From Acidimicrobiia bacterium (lineage in GTDB: Bacteria > Actinomycetota > Acidimicrobiia > Spongiisociales > UBA11373), in the NCBI GenBank assembly GCA_040878325.1, contig JBBDMM010000011.1, positions 48,595-68,594 of the forward strand: a stretch of DNA of 20,000 nucleotides. Reading direction: 5' to 3'. The position numbers were made by a program, and so were the translations under genes. The notes below the pieces were generated by a model. The model was not told where the DNA came from. It did no database searches and saw only the letters and a program-made list of their open reading frames with translations. This document shows, in pieces, positions 1 through 9,192 of this stretch. Numbering within the stretch: position 1 is the stretch's first letter; each line of letters starts with the position of its first letter.

Positions 1-32
1 TGGGCGATGGGCATTCCCCTACCGACTCCGCG

Positions 33-143
33 TCATTGGGAACGATCCCTACCGTAACGCCCGACCCGATGGAGGTGCTCACCGCCGACGCCGACGTCTA
101 CGAGGTAGGTGGGTACGATCACCGAGACCAGCGGGGCGGTCAT
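33..143 (-). pseudogene. Truncated family 2 glycosyltransferase: N-terminal 13 codons only, then unrelated sequence to a stop at 33
   Basis: ATG at 143 overlaps the TGA of the upstream gene (ATGA). It reads MTAPLVSVIVPTY, a classic GT2 first beta-strand, then LVDVGVGGEHLHRVG...stop. Both alternative minus frames hit stops quickly, so a simple frameshift does not rescue it. Confidence 0.6.
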
Positions 144-439
144 GGCTCGCGAGTGCGGTGCACCCGCCATGCCCAGGCGGTGCCGAGCATCGCCCCGGCG
201 ATCACCCACACGACCGGTACCGCCCGTCGTCCCACGTCGATGACGACCGGCTGGGGCAGGCCGAGGCGATCGGAAAGCCCCGCCATGACGAGCGAACCGC
301 CGAGGGCAAGCCATGCCAGGGGGACCCACGCGATCTCGTTACGGCGACGGAAGGCAAAACGAACCAGGAGCGCCACGCCGAGGGCGATCAGCAGGACAAG
401 GCCCGTCCACACCGCGACCTCGCCGATGAACCGGAGCAT
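140..439 (-). CDS. Small hypothetical membrane protein (about 3 TM segments)
   Basis: Hydrophobic stretches AVWTGLVLLIALGVALLV, AWVPLAWLALGGSLVMAGL and VPVVWVIAGAMLGTAWAW. It follows the HhH-GPD gene and is coupled by ATGA to the next gene. Start is ATG 439 or GTG 454. Confidence 0.7.
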   Translation of the reverse strand: MLRFIGEVAVWTGLVLLIALGVALLVRFAFRRRNEIAWVPLAWLALGGSLVMAGLSDRLGLPQPVVIDVGRRAVPVVWVIAGAMLGTAWAWRVHRTREP

Positions 440-473
440 TGCGCGCAGGATCACGAGGGCACCTGTCGCACCA

Positions 474-1034
474 TCACTCCGTCTTCTTTGCTGCGGCCTT
501 CATCGCCCGCTTCTGCTCGCGCAGTTCGTAGATCTTGTCGAAAGAGTCGATGTCGGCAATTGATGGCCAATCGGCGGCGGTCTTCTCCCACCCCGGAGGC
601 CCCTGCCCGAGGCGCTTCCCGACGATTCCTACGAAGATCCGCGCCTTGGTCCTGCCGTACCCCGGAAGGGCTTCGAGTCGCTGGAGGAGGTCTTTGCCGT
701 CGGCGGCCTCGAGCCAGATGCGTCCGGCATCGCCCGCATACTCATCGACGATCATGGTGCACAATGCCTGACACCGCTCTGCCATGGATCCAGGAAAGCG
801 GTGGAGTGCCGGGGGGCCCCGAAAGGCGGCCACCAGGTCGTCGCGATCGAGGGCGGCGATTGTCGTCGCGTCGAGGGAGCCGCCGATCCTTTGGGTGAGA
901 AGGTAGGGGGAGAGGAACGCCCGCTCCATCGGGAACTGTTGGTCGAGCAGCATTCCGATCAATAGGGCGAGTGGACTGGCGGCAAGGAGCCGATTTGCCT
1001 CGGCATCCTCGGTGAAGGGGAGTTCGTTCGGCAT
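474..1034 (-). CDS. HhH-GPD-type base excision DNA repair protein (actinobacterial TIGR03252-like)
   Basis: Motifs PLALLIGMLLDQQFPMERAF, LHRFPGSMA and the HhH element LEALPGYGRTKARIF, plus C-terminal SIADIDS...REQKRAMKAAAK. Start taken at MPNELPF (1034). Confidence 0.88.
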   Translation of the reverse strand: MPNELPFTEDAEANRLLAASPLALLIGMLLDQQFPMERAFLSPYLLTQRIGGSLDATTIAALDRDDLVAAFRGPPALHRFPGSMAERCQALCTMIVDEYAGDAGRIWLEAADGKDLLQRLEALPGYGRTKARIFVGIVGKRLGQGPPGWEKTAADWPSIADIDSFDKIYELREQKRAMKAAAKKTE

Positions 1035-1105
1035 CAGACCCTGACCTTGATGGAAGCCCACGGTAGTGCCCGCGAGATTGCCGGAGAGCGGCGGCTCGTC
1101 GTCGA

Positions 1106-1111
1106 TACCAT
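1106..1111 (+). promoter_or_regulatory. -10 box (TACCAT) for a probable leaderless deacetylase transcript
   Basis: TACCAT lies 6 nt before ATG 1118 and there is no Shine-Dalgarno, the typical actinobacterial leaderless layout. Confidence 0.55.
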
Positions 1112-1117
1112 CGAGCC

Positions 1118-2128
1118 ATGGGCTGGAAGGGGACGATTCTGGATGGAGCGCGCCGCGCCGGCGTTTTGGGACTGGTGGGTCGAGCGTTCGGCGCCGATCG
1201 GCTGACGGTACTGGCGTATCACCGGGTCACCGATCACACCCGCCCGGGCTTTGCCGGGTTTGTAGGGAACGTCAGCGCCTCTCCGGCCGAGTTCTCCGAC
1301 CAGATGGAGTGGGTTGCCCGGAAGCACACGCCGGTCTCTCTCGAGGCCGTGGCCGCCGCCGCGCTCGGCGCGGATCTCCCCGACCGGGCGGTGCTCGTGA
1401 CCTTCGACGACGGGTATCAGGACAACCTCGACAACGCCCTCCCCGTGCTTCGTCGCCTCGGCCTGCCGGCGGCCCTGTTTCTGGCCACGGACCATGTCGG
1501 CAGCGGCCAGCCCTTCTGGTGGGACCGTGCGGCCGAGTTCTTCTGGCGGCACGCCGGGGCCGAAGTAGACCTGCCGATCCTGGGGCACACCACGTGGGAC
1601 AGCGATGGTGCCCTATCGCTTGCCGCCCGCTGGATCGCCCGAGCCAAGCTGCTTCAGGACGACGAGAGGGGTGCCGCCGTGGCCGCCATCAAGGCCGCCG
1701 CCGGGTCCGATGAGGCTCCCCAGGGCCTGGTGATGAACTGGGGTGGGGCACGAGAGATGGCCGCTCACGGTGTCGCCATCGGTGGCCACACCCGGACCCA
1801 TCCGATCCTCACCCGGGTACCCCTCGAAACAGCCCGCGAGGAGATCTCCCGATCCAAAGCAGACGTCGAGCGAGAGATCGGCGCGCCGGCAATCGGCTTT
1901 GCGTACCCCAACGGCGGAACCGCAGATTTCGACGACGCAGTAGTGGCGGCGGTAGCCGACGCCGGCTATCGGACCGCGTTCACCCTGGTCCCCGGTCCTG
2001 CCCGGCTCAGGGAGGTCGTGGCAGACCCGCTGCGGATCCGCCGGGTGTACGTGCACCACGGCGACGGACTCAGCCGGTTCGCCGCCAAGATGGCCGGGGT
2101 GCCGCGGCTGACTGGAGCCCTGGCATGA
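1118..2128 (+). CDS. Polysaccharide deacetylase (CE4/NodB homology)
   Basis: VLAYHRV, VLVTFDDGYQD (motif 1), GGHTRTHPIL (metal-binding His pair), FAYPNG, and terminal RIRRV. Confidence 0.93.
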   Translation: MGWKGTILDGARRAGVLGLVGRAFGADRLTVLAYHRVTDHTRPGFAGFVGNVSASPAEFSDQMEWVARKHTPVSLEAVAAAALGADLPDRAVLVTFDDGYQDNLDNALPVLRRLGLPAALFLATDHVGSGQPFWWDRAAEFFWRHAGAEVDLPILGHTTWDSDGALSLAARWIARAKLLQDDERGAAVAAIKAAAGSDEAPQGLVMNWGGAREMAAHGVAIGGHTRTHPILTRVPLETAREEISRSKADVEREIGAPAIGFAYPNGGTADFDDAVVAAVADAGYRTAFTLVPGPARLREVVADPLRIRRVYVHHGDGLSRFAAKMAGVPRLTGALA

Positions 2129-3096
2129 AGCCCGCGCAGGAACGCATCCGGGCGGCGGTGGCCGCCTCGCTGCCTCCCGGCTACGGCGCGATCACCCGCT
2201 GGTCAAGACCGCGCCAGGGTGACTGGTCGTGGATGTTCGAGGCGGAGACCGGCGGCGCCGCCCCGGCCACCCTTCTGGTGAAGGTCCCCCGATGGGAGGA
2301 GGCGACCGACCTGGGTTCGGCGTTGAACGCCGGTCCCCAGAAGGACACTGAGGAGGAATACCGGGCTCTCGAAGCGATCGCGGCGGCGGTGGCGGCGGCG
2401 GGGGATCCCGGGCTCACGGCAGTCGTCCCGGTCGCCTACGTGCGCGAAGTGAATGCGGTCGTCACCGAGCGGCTGCGGGCAGTGCCGCTGCACGACCGGC
2501 TGGGCCGTACGCGGGGCTCCGACGCCGCGACTCTGTTTCAGCGGGTGGGACGCTGGCTGCGGATCTTCCACGCCACGTCTGATCAGCAACTGGTCCCATT
2601 CGAGGCCGGCCAATTCGAGCGGCTGGCGGATGCGGGCCACCGGGGAGCACTCGGTGACTCTATCGCCGCCGTCGCGGCGGTAGCCCGGGTCCGGTCCGGC
2701 CGGCCGGTTTCGGTGGGGGTGCTCCACGGCGACCTGTCGCTCCGCAACGTCCTGGTGACCATCGACGACCGCGTGGCGGTGATCGACCCGAATCGCTACC
2801 GGGGCCGGATCGCCGGCGATGCCGCCCACCTGCTCACCGAAGTTCGCCTGGGGAGGTGCCAGTTGATCACTTCGGGCGCGTTCCGCCCGAGATCGAGGGT
2901 CGAGCAGTTGGCAGTGGGGATCATCGATGGCTATCCCGAGATCGACCCCGGCGCTTTGGCGTTCGAGCGAGCGGTGGCCGCGGTGAAGCGCTGGGTCGAA
3001 GTGGAGGAGCGGACCAAGGGGATCGCCCGGCTGGCGCTCCTGCCGGCGCGTCGGTTGTTCAAGTCCGAGGTCGGAGCGCTCCTCCGACAGCCCTAA
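2125..3096 (+). CDS. APH/choline-kinase-like phosphotransferase
   Basis: LLVKVPR (ATP-binding Lys), Brenner-like HGDLSLRNVLV, and VAVIDP (Mg-binding Asp). ATGA overlap with the deacetylase gene. Confidence 0.8.
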   Translation: MKPAQERIRAAVAASLPPGYGAITRWSRPRQGDWSWMFEAETGGAAPATLLVKVPRWEEATDLGSALNAGPQKDTEEEYRALEAIAAAVAAAGDPGLTAVVPVAYVREVNAVVTERLRAVPLHDRLGRTRGSDAATLFQRVGRWLRIFHATSDQQLVPFEAGQFERLADAGHRGALGDSIAAVAAVARVRSGRPVSVGVLHGDLSLRNVLVTIDDRVAVIDPNRYRGRIAGDAAHLLTEVRLGRCQLITSGAFRPRSRVEQLAVGIIDGYPEIDPGALAFERAVAAVKRWVEVEERTKGIARLALLPARRLFKSEVGALLRQP

Positions 3097-4165
3097 GGGC
3101 GTTGCGGCCCGCCCAGATCGCCCGGCCGCGGGGACCAAGCGGTCGCCTCAGACGAAGGTCGATGCGGGTGTCGGTGCCCCAGGACTGCTTGTACTCCTCG
3201 TCGCCCCGGAGAAAGTCGAATTCCCTGGCACCCTCGTCGATCGCCCCTTGGATCGCCCGTGCCATGATCGCCCTTCCCGGCCCGAACCTCGACCACGCCG
3301 GATCGAACCCGGTCGTGTAGAAGGAGACCACTTCGCCCACCCGGAAGCATTCGATGATCGCGATCGGGCTCTCGCCGACATCCAGGCGCCAGAGGCGCAA
3401 TCGGCCGGCTGCCAGCATTCTGCGTGCCGTCTCGCGATGGAACGCCACCAACTCATCGGTGGCGAACGCCCCCAGGTCGCCGCGGGCGGTACGGACCGTC
3501 TGGTGCATCACCGCCAGATGGTCCATCGTGTCCTCGAGGTCGGCCGCGGTCGCCACCATGCGGGTGACGACGGGAGCGCCGGCCTCCTGATCGAGCTTGC
3601 GCCGGTAGCGATCGATGTTCTGCCGGTGGCTGCGGCCAAAGCGCTGGTTGACCAGATCCCACCCGCCATCGAGAGGCAGGTGAGGGCACGGCGTCTCCTC
3701 GGCCGCATCGCCGCGTCGCCGCAGCAGAAGCCTGGGGAGCACACCATCGATGGCCATGCCGTCGAAGTCGATGAGGTCCCACCGGCGGCGAACGTCCACG
3801 GCCTCCCACAGATGGGCGGCCACCGTCGGGTCCTCTCCGGTGGCGATCGGCATGTCCAGGTGGTCAGGTGCGGCCGGGCCGCTGCCGATGATCCGCAGGG
3901 ATTGGAACGGTATTCCGAACTTGCGTCCGGGGGCGACATAGAACGGGGCCACGCCGAGCAAGCTCCCATCGACCGGGTGCCGGGCCGTGAAGACTTCCAG
4001 GTCGGCGTCGCGGCCCAGGGTGTCCAGCCATGCGCTCACCCAGGGCCAGGTCATGAACGCCGACCGCACCTGGGATCCGGCGACCAGTGCCTCCCATTCG
4101 GGTCCCATTTCCCTTAACTCGGCGCGCTGGACACGGGTGACGACAGGGAGAGTGCGGGTGGTCAT
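3059..4165 (-). CDS. GNAT family acyltransferase (Acetyltransf_6 / CelD-BcsL-like)
   Basis: AFMTWPWVSAW, GVAPF, DHLD, YTTGFDPAWSRFGPG and FDFLRGDEEYKQSW, typical of EPS-cluster double-GNAT proteins. Confidence 0.88.
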   Translation of the reverse strand: MTTRTLPVVTRVQRAELREMGPEWEALVAGSQVRSAFMTWPWVSAWLDTLGRDADLEVFTARHPVDGSLLGVAPFYVAPGRKFGIPFQSLRIIGSGPAAPDHLDMPIATGEDPTVAAHLWEAVDVRRRWDLIDFDGMAIDGVLPRLLLRRRGDAAEETPCPHLPLDGGWDLVNQRFGRSHRQNIDRYRRKLDQEAGAPVVTRMVATAADLEDTMDHLAVMHQTVRTARGDLGAFATDELVAFHRETARRMLAAGRLRLWRLDVGESPIAIIECFRVGEVVSFYTTGFDPAWSRFGPGRAIMARAIQGAIDEGAREFDFLRGDEEYKQSWGTDTRIDLRLRRPLGPRGRAIWAGRNALRAVGGALRPRT

Positions 4166-5319
4166 GGCTGGTCCCGTTCAGCGCGCTTCCAGACGGCCGT
4201 TTGGCCGCCGCGCATGTGGCGCCACAGTCCGCGAGCCGCGGCGTAGTTCGAGTTCACCAGGAACCGCGGCACGTAGGCCGCCTTGCCCACCGGTCGGAGA
4301 AGCGCCGGAGCCGCGGCGACGGCATAGAACCCCGCCTGGGCGATGAGGGTGATCGGTCCCCACGGTGGGGCCAGCGCCGGCAGCCCGCCGGATGGTGCCA
4401 CCGCGGTGGCTGCGATCGACCCGCCGAGCGCGGCGACCATCCCGAATGGCACCAGCGAGCGGAAGATCTTGTGCGACACGAGCATCCACGCCACCAGCGG
4501 CCTTCTCCAGGGGATCTCCCGGTGCAACCTGCCGAACACCTGCCATTGGCCGGCGACCATTCGTGAGCGGCGCTCCCGCTCGGCCCCGGCATCGGAGGAA
4601 ACGACCTCCTCGGACACGGATTCGGGCTGGTAGACCACCCGGTAGCCGCGTTTGACCACCCGATGGGCCATCCACTGGTCGTCGTTGACAATGGCGTCGG
4701 GGGCAGCCTCCAACAGGTCACGACGGATCGCGAAGATCTCCCCGTTCACGCCGACCGTGCAACCGAGGCGGCTCTCCATCTGGCGGAGATGGGCCTCGTA
4801 GCGCCAGTACGCACCCTCGGAGAATCCGAGGTCGGAGTCGCCCCCGGTGACCTTGCGCCCGGTGGCCGCCCCGACGGTCGGGTCGGCGAACGGCGCGACG
4901 ATCTGCTCGATGGCGTCGGGTCGCAGGGTGTTGTTGGCATCGGTGAAGACGACCACATCGCCGGTCGCCCACTCCAGGGCCCGGCTGATTGCGGCCATCT
5001 TCCCGCGCCGTTCGGGACGATGGACCACCTCGACGCCATGGGTGCGGGCTATCCCGGCCGTGGCGTCGTCCGATCCGTCAGCGGCGACGATCACCTGCAG
5101 CAGTTCGCTGGGGTACGCCAGCCCGGCGGTGTCCCTCAGCTTGCGATCGATGACGGCTTCCTCGTTGTAGGCGGCGACGATGAGCGTGACCTTGGGGGAG
5201 TGGGGCGGGTACTGCCGATCTCGCCCGAACGCCGCGGACAACAGGGTGACGAGCAGGGGATATCCGACATACGTGTAAGTCACCAGGCCGGCACCTGCCC
5301 AGAAGACGAGCCCGATCAT
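4162..5319 (-). CDS. Family 2 glycosyltransferase, membrane-bound (CESA-like subfamily)
   Basis: True start MIGLVFW at 5319 (ATGA overlap). YTYVGYP, VTLIVAAYNEE, ADGSDD, RRGK, FTDAN, YWRYE, NGEIFAIRR, NDD, RRSRM, plus C-terminal TMs. Confidence 0.92.
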   Translation of the reverse strand: MIGLVFWAGAGLVTYTYVGYPLLVTLLSAAFGRDRQYPPHSPKVTLIVAAYNEEAVIDRKLRDTAGLAYPSELLQVIVAADGSDDATAGIARTHGVEVVHRPERRGKMAAISRALEWATGDVVVFTDANNTLRPDAIEQIVAPFADPTVGAATGRKVTGGDSDLGFSEGAYWRYEAHLRQMESRLGCTVGVNGEIFAIRRDLLEAAPDAIVNDDQWMAHRVVKRGYRVVYQPESVSEEVVSSDAGAERERRSRMVAGQWQVFGRLHREIPWRRPLVAWMLVSHKIFRSLVPFGMVAALGGSIAATAVAPSGGLPALAPPWGPITLIAQAGFYAVAAAPALLRPVGKAAYVPRFLVNSNYAAARGLWRHMRGGQTAVWKRAERDQP

Positions 5320-6518
5320 TTCGCCACCCCGCCATACACGCCCAGGATCGTCCTGGCGATGGGCGGCCACGTGTATCGATCGGCCGCTCTGGCGGCGCAG
5401 GCTCCCATGCGGGTGGATTCGGCCGGATCGCCGAGCAGCTTGACCATCGCACTGGCGAGTCCGGGCACGTCGCCGGGGGCGACCAGCAATCCCGTCTCTC
5501 CGTGGACGACGTCCTCGGCGAGTGATCCCAACTCTGAGGCGATCACCGGGCGGCCGTATGCATAGGCCACCTGGAGCACGCCTGACGCGGTGGCCGATCT
5601 GTACGGGAGCACCACGACATCGGCGGTGCGCATCAGCGGTCCCACCTCCTCGAAGGGCAGATAGCGAGCGTCGATGGTGACGCGGCCGGAGACAGCGCGT
5701 CTGGCGACCCGGTGTTCGAGGTGGGCGGGGTCGACTCCAGCCGGAGGCCCGGCCACGACCAGATGGGCATCGATCTCGCGGGACGCGAGGGCGAATGCGT
5801 CGATCAATTCGTCCAGGCCTTTGCTGGGCCGCAGGCCGCCGAAAAAGAGGGCGGTCGGCTTGCCGGCCGCGATCCCGTAACGCTCCCGCAGGTCGCCGCC
5901 GGGATCCTCCGACCGGAGGAACAGGCCTTCGTCGCCATGGGGGATGACGACGGTGCGAGCCGCTTCGGCCGGATACAACTCCAGGAAGCGAGCACGGTTG
6001 GCTTCGCCGTGCAGGAAGATCACCGAGAAGTACCCGTACGCGGCACGCGTCATGGAGCGGTGGAGAGCCTGGAACGGGCCGCGCGACTCCCGCGGCTCGA
6101 ACTCGTGACAGACCTGACTGATGGGGATCCCGGCCCGAACGATTCGCCTGAGGAACCACGCAAGGAAGGGAAAACGGATGATGGCGAACTGGGCGATGTC
6201 GGGCTTCTCTCGCAGAATGAACCTGGTTGCCCGGGCCCACTCCCGGGCATATCGGACCCCCCGCTCCGCCCGGCGCAGTTTGTGGCCGGCCCACACGAAG
6301 AGGCGGGCGAGCCCGTGGTGGCGAGCTGCCGGCTCGATTGCCGGCCACAGCCGCATGATCGGTGCCACCCGAAACGGCGCGTCCATCCCCGCCAGCTCGT
6401 AGTGGCGAGAGGTGACCAGGGTGACGTCTGCCCCCGCTTCGGCGAGCGCCGAGCACATCTGGAACGCGTAGTGGACCATCCCGCCGGATCCGTCCGGCTC
6501 GACGACGATCATCCTCAT
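5316..6518 (-). CDS. Family 4 glycosyltransferase (GT-B)
   Basis: GGMVHY, VIPHG, LFFGGLRPSKG, ADVVVLPYRSATASGVLQVAYAYGRPVIAS, GETGLLV. Confidence 0.92.
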   Translation of the reverse strand: MRMIVVEPDGSGGMVHYAFQMCSALAEAGADVTLVTSRHYELAGMDAPFRVAPIMRLWPAIEPAARHHGLARLFVWAGHKLRRAERGVRYAREWARATRFILREKPDIAQFAIIRFPFLAWFLRRIVRAGIPISQVCHEFEPRESRGPFQALHRSMTRAAYGYFSVIFLHGEANRARFLELYPAEAARTVVIPHGDEGLFLRSEDPGGDLRERYGIAAGKPTALFFGGLRPSKGLDELIDAFALASREIDAHLVVAGPPAGVDPAHLEHRVARRAVSGRVTIDARYLPFEEVGPLMRTADVVVLPYRSATASGVLQVAYAYGRPVIASELGSLAEDVVHGETGLLVAPGDVPGLASAMVKLLGDPAESTRMGACAARAADRYTWPPIARTILGVYGGVAK

Positions 6519-7708
6519 CGGAAACCCCCCGCAGAGATCGCCAGTCGGTATTCGTCGACCAGGCGCGCCGCCTGGCGTTCGAGGTCGAAACGCTCGATGG
6601 CAATGCGGCGGCCCGCCCGCCCCATCGCTGCCGATTGGATCGGAGAGGAGAACAGCCGGCGGACGGCATCGGCCAGCATCGCCGGAGCGTGCGGAGGCAC
6701 CATGAGAGCCGAAATGCCCCGATCGACCATCTCGGGGATCCCGCCCACCTCAGTCGCCACGACAGGCAGGCCTGCCGCCATTGCCTCGATTAGAACCGTG
6801 GGGAGTGCCTCGGTGTGAGACGGCAGCACGAACACGTCGGCGGCGGCGAGGAGCCGCGGGATGTCGGAACGGGCACCGGTGAACAGAACCCGATCCTCGA
6901 GGCCGAGGTCGGCGACGATCCGCTCGAGGGTGGGTCGCTGGCTGCCGTGACCCACGACCACGTAGCGGGTGGAAGGATGGGAGTGCACCACTGCCGGCAG
7001 GGCCTCGACCATGTCGGCGATTCCTTTCTCGGGTCGCAGCACCGCGACCGTCATCGCCACCGACGCATCAATGGCTATCCCCAACTCGTCGCGAGCCGCC
7101 GACCGCTTGGCGGCACCGCCGGGGGAGAACCTGGCGAGCTCGATCCCGTTGTGGAGCGTCACCACCTGGTCTCGCCTCGCCTTGGATCGTCCGATGAAGT
7201 GATCCCGTGCACTACGGGACACCGAGACGACTCGGGCGCCTCTCGACTTGAGGATCCAGGCCATCAGCCGGTAGCGAGCGGCGTCGCGGCTCCATCGTCG
7301 GGGCCGGTCGATGGTGTGAATCGTGGCGATAGTCGGAACCCCGAGGCGGTGGGCGGCGACCGTGCCGAGAATGTTGGAGAATTCGAGCTGGGTGTGGACC
7401 AGGTCGGGAGCGGTCCGCTCGATCACTTCGGTCACCCGGCGCAGTGCCCCCGGCTCGCGCAACCGGCGGATGCCCAGGTTGGCCACGGGCACTCCGGCGG
7501 CTTCGATCTCGGCCGCGACCGGGTTGCCTTCACGGTCTTGCATCGTCACCACGGTCGGCTCGACTCCGAGTCGCGCCAGGCGCGGCAGGTAGTCGGCGAG
7601 CAGCCGTTCGGCACCTCCGGGGCCCAGCGAGTCGATCAGATAGAGCACAGAAAGCGGCGACTCGGGAACCGGCAGCGGTGGGGTGGCGCGGAGGCGCGGG
7701 GAGCTCAT
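6515..7708 (-). CDS. Family 4 glycosyltransferase (GT-B)
   Basis: IDSLGPGGAER, LHNGI, LRPEKG, and ADVFVLPSHTEALPTVLIEAMAAGLPVVATEVGGIPE (EX7E motif). Confidence 0.94.
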   Translation of the reverse strand: MSSPRLRATPPLPVPESPLSVLYLIDSLGPGGAERLLADYLPRLARLGVEPTVVTMQDREGNPVAAEIEAAGVPVANLGIRRLREPGALRRVTEVIERTAPDLVHTQLEFSNILGTVAAHRLGVPTIATIHTIDRPRRWSRDAARYRLMAWILKSRGARVVSVSRSARDHFIGRSKARRDQVVTLHNGIELARFSPGGAAKRSAARDELGIAIDASVAMTVAVLRPEKGIADMVEALPAVVHSHPSTRYVVVGHGSQRPTLERIVADLGLEDRVLFTGARSDIPRLLAAADVFVLPSHTEALPTVLIEAMAAGLPVVATEVGGIPEMVDRGISALMVPPHAPAMLADAVRRLFSSPIQSAAMGRAGRRIAIERFDLERQAARLVDEYRLAISAGGFR

Positions 7709-9192
7709 GGGCGGTCTCCCGCCAGGCGCCCCAGACCCGCCCAGCCGGCAATGCGCCGGACGGTGGCCGGGTCATAGCGCCACAACGCCACCACATATGC
7801 GACCGATCCGGCCACTGCCGCCGCGGCGAGCGAGGCCAGGTTCCCGGCTCCGGCGGTGAGCCACATCGCGGGAAGAGCGGCGAGTGCCAGCCAGATGCCG
7901 GCACCGACTGACGGCGCCATCTGCCGCCAAATGTCGCCGAAGGTGGTACCCACCATTCGGTTGGCGACTGCGAGCCGAACCACCGTGTCCAATGCCGCCA
8001 CCCCGGCATGCGCCCAGGCCACTCCGACGATGCCATATCGCGCCCCGAACATCAGGGCGGGGATCAGCACCACTAGTTCGAGGCCGGCCAGTTTGGCGAG
8101 AATGCCGGGCCTCCCCAGGGCCTTGTACACGTCGCCGGCGTTCACCCCAATCGACCCGAGGAGAGAGAACACGCACATCACCTGGAGCACCGGGATGGCT
8201 TGATTCCATTGCTCACCAAATAGAGCCCTTACGGCCGGTTCGGCGGTGATGAACAGGCCAACGCACATCGGCACCACCAGCACCTGGGTGTATTTGATGG
8301 TGGCGAGGAACCCCCGCCGGAGCAATGCCGGCTGATCCTGCAGCTTCGAAAACAGCGGGAAGATCGCCCCGCCCAGCACCCGCCATACCGACTGGATGAG
8401 GAGCTCGGGCAGCCGGTAGGCGAGGGTGTAGACGCCGAGGGCGACATCGCCGAGCAGGCGACCCACGACGAGGTAGTCCAGGTTCGACCAGATGGCGAAC
8501 TGGATGTCGGTGACGATGAGGGGCCCGCCGAAACGCGCCAGAGGACGCACCAGGCGGCGGTGGATCCGCACTCGCGGCCTCCACGGGAACACCGTCCAGG
8601 CGAGGATCACGGATGTGACGACGCCGGCGAGTTGGCCCCAGACCAGCGCCCAGACACCGAAGCCGGCGGCGGCGGCGGCGATGGAGACGGCGCCTTTGAC
8701 GACGGACCGGCCTACGTCCGGGATCAGCTTCCGCTTGAAGTCCATGTTCTTGCGGAGGAGGACCAGCTGCACCGAGCCGAGCGCCTCGAGCACGAAGGTG
8801 AGGGACAGCACCCGCAGCAGGGGCACGACCAGCGGCTCACGGAAGAAGTCGGCCACCAGGGGGGCGCCAAGGAAGCAGAGGGCGGTGAGCAGGGCCCCGG
8901 TGATCAGGTTGAACGCAAACACCGTCTCTGCGGATTCGTCGATGTCGTCCTTGCGCTGGATCAGTGCGCCGCCGAGACCGAGGTCCTTCAGCACGGCCAG
9001 GTACGCCACGGCCACGGTGGCGAAGCCCACCACACCAAAGTCTTCCGGCGTCAAGAGCCGGGCGAGAATCGCCATCGTGACGAGCACGAGCATCTTCCCG
9101 GCGGCGAAAGAGACGTAGTTCCAGATGACGGCGCGAGCCGCCGCCGTGCCCAGTACGGCTTCGTCGGCGGTGCGGTCTTCGGTCAGCGCCAT
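7705..9192 (-). CDS. wzx: Wzx flippase (MOP/PST family, WzxC-like)
   Basis: LARLLTPEDFG, DLGLGGALIQ, GFGVWALVWGQL, DYLVVGRLLG..ALGVYTLAYRL and many TMs. Start MALTED at 9192 after GGAGG. Confidence 0.92.
   Translation of the reverse strand: MALTEDRTADEAVLGTAAARAVIWNYVSFAAGKMLVLVTMAILARLLTPEDFGVVGFATVAVAYLAVLKDLGLGGALIQRKDDIDESAETVFAFNLITGALLTALCFLGAPLVADFFREPLVVPLLRVLSLTFVLEALGSVQLVLLRKNMDFKRKLIPDVGRSVVKGAVSIAAAAAGFGVWALVWGQLAGVVTSVILAWTVFPWRPRVRIHRRLVRPLARFGGPLIVTDIQFAIWSNLDYLVVGRLLGDVALGVYTLAYRLPELLIQSVWRVLGGAIFPLFSKLQDQPALLRRGFLATIKYTQVLVVPMCVGLFITAEPAVRALFGEQWNQAIPVLQVMCVFSLLGSIGVNAGDVYKALGRPGILAKLAGLELVVLIPALMFGARYGIVGVAWAHAGVAALDTVVRLAVANRMVGTTFGDIWRQMAPSVGAGIWLALAALPAMWLTAGAGNLASLAAAAVAGSVAYVVALWRYDPATVRRIAGWAGLGRLAGDRP

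Noticed and set aside
8..54. DosR/DevR boxes at the left edge
   Set aside because: The GGG...CCC spacing is shorter than in the DosR consensus. Kept only as unspecified repeated boxes.
5320..6669. 835-aa ORF 4162..6669 suggesting a giant GT2 fusion
   Set aside because: The first 450 codons are Arg/Pro-rich off-frame read-through over the GT4 genes. The real start is ATG 5319, with an ATGA overlap.
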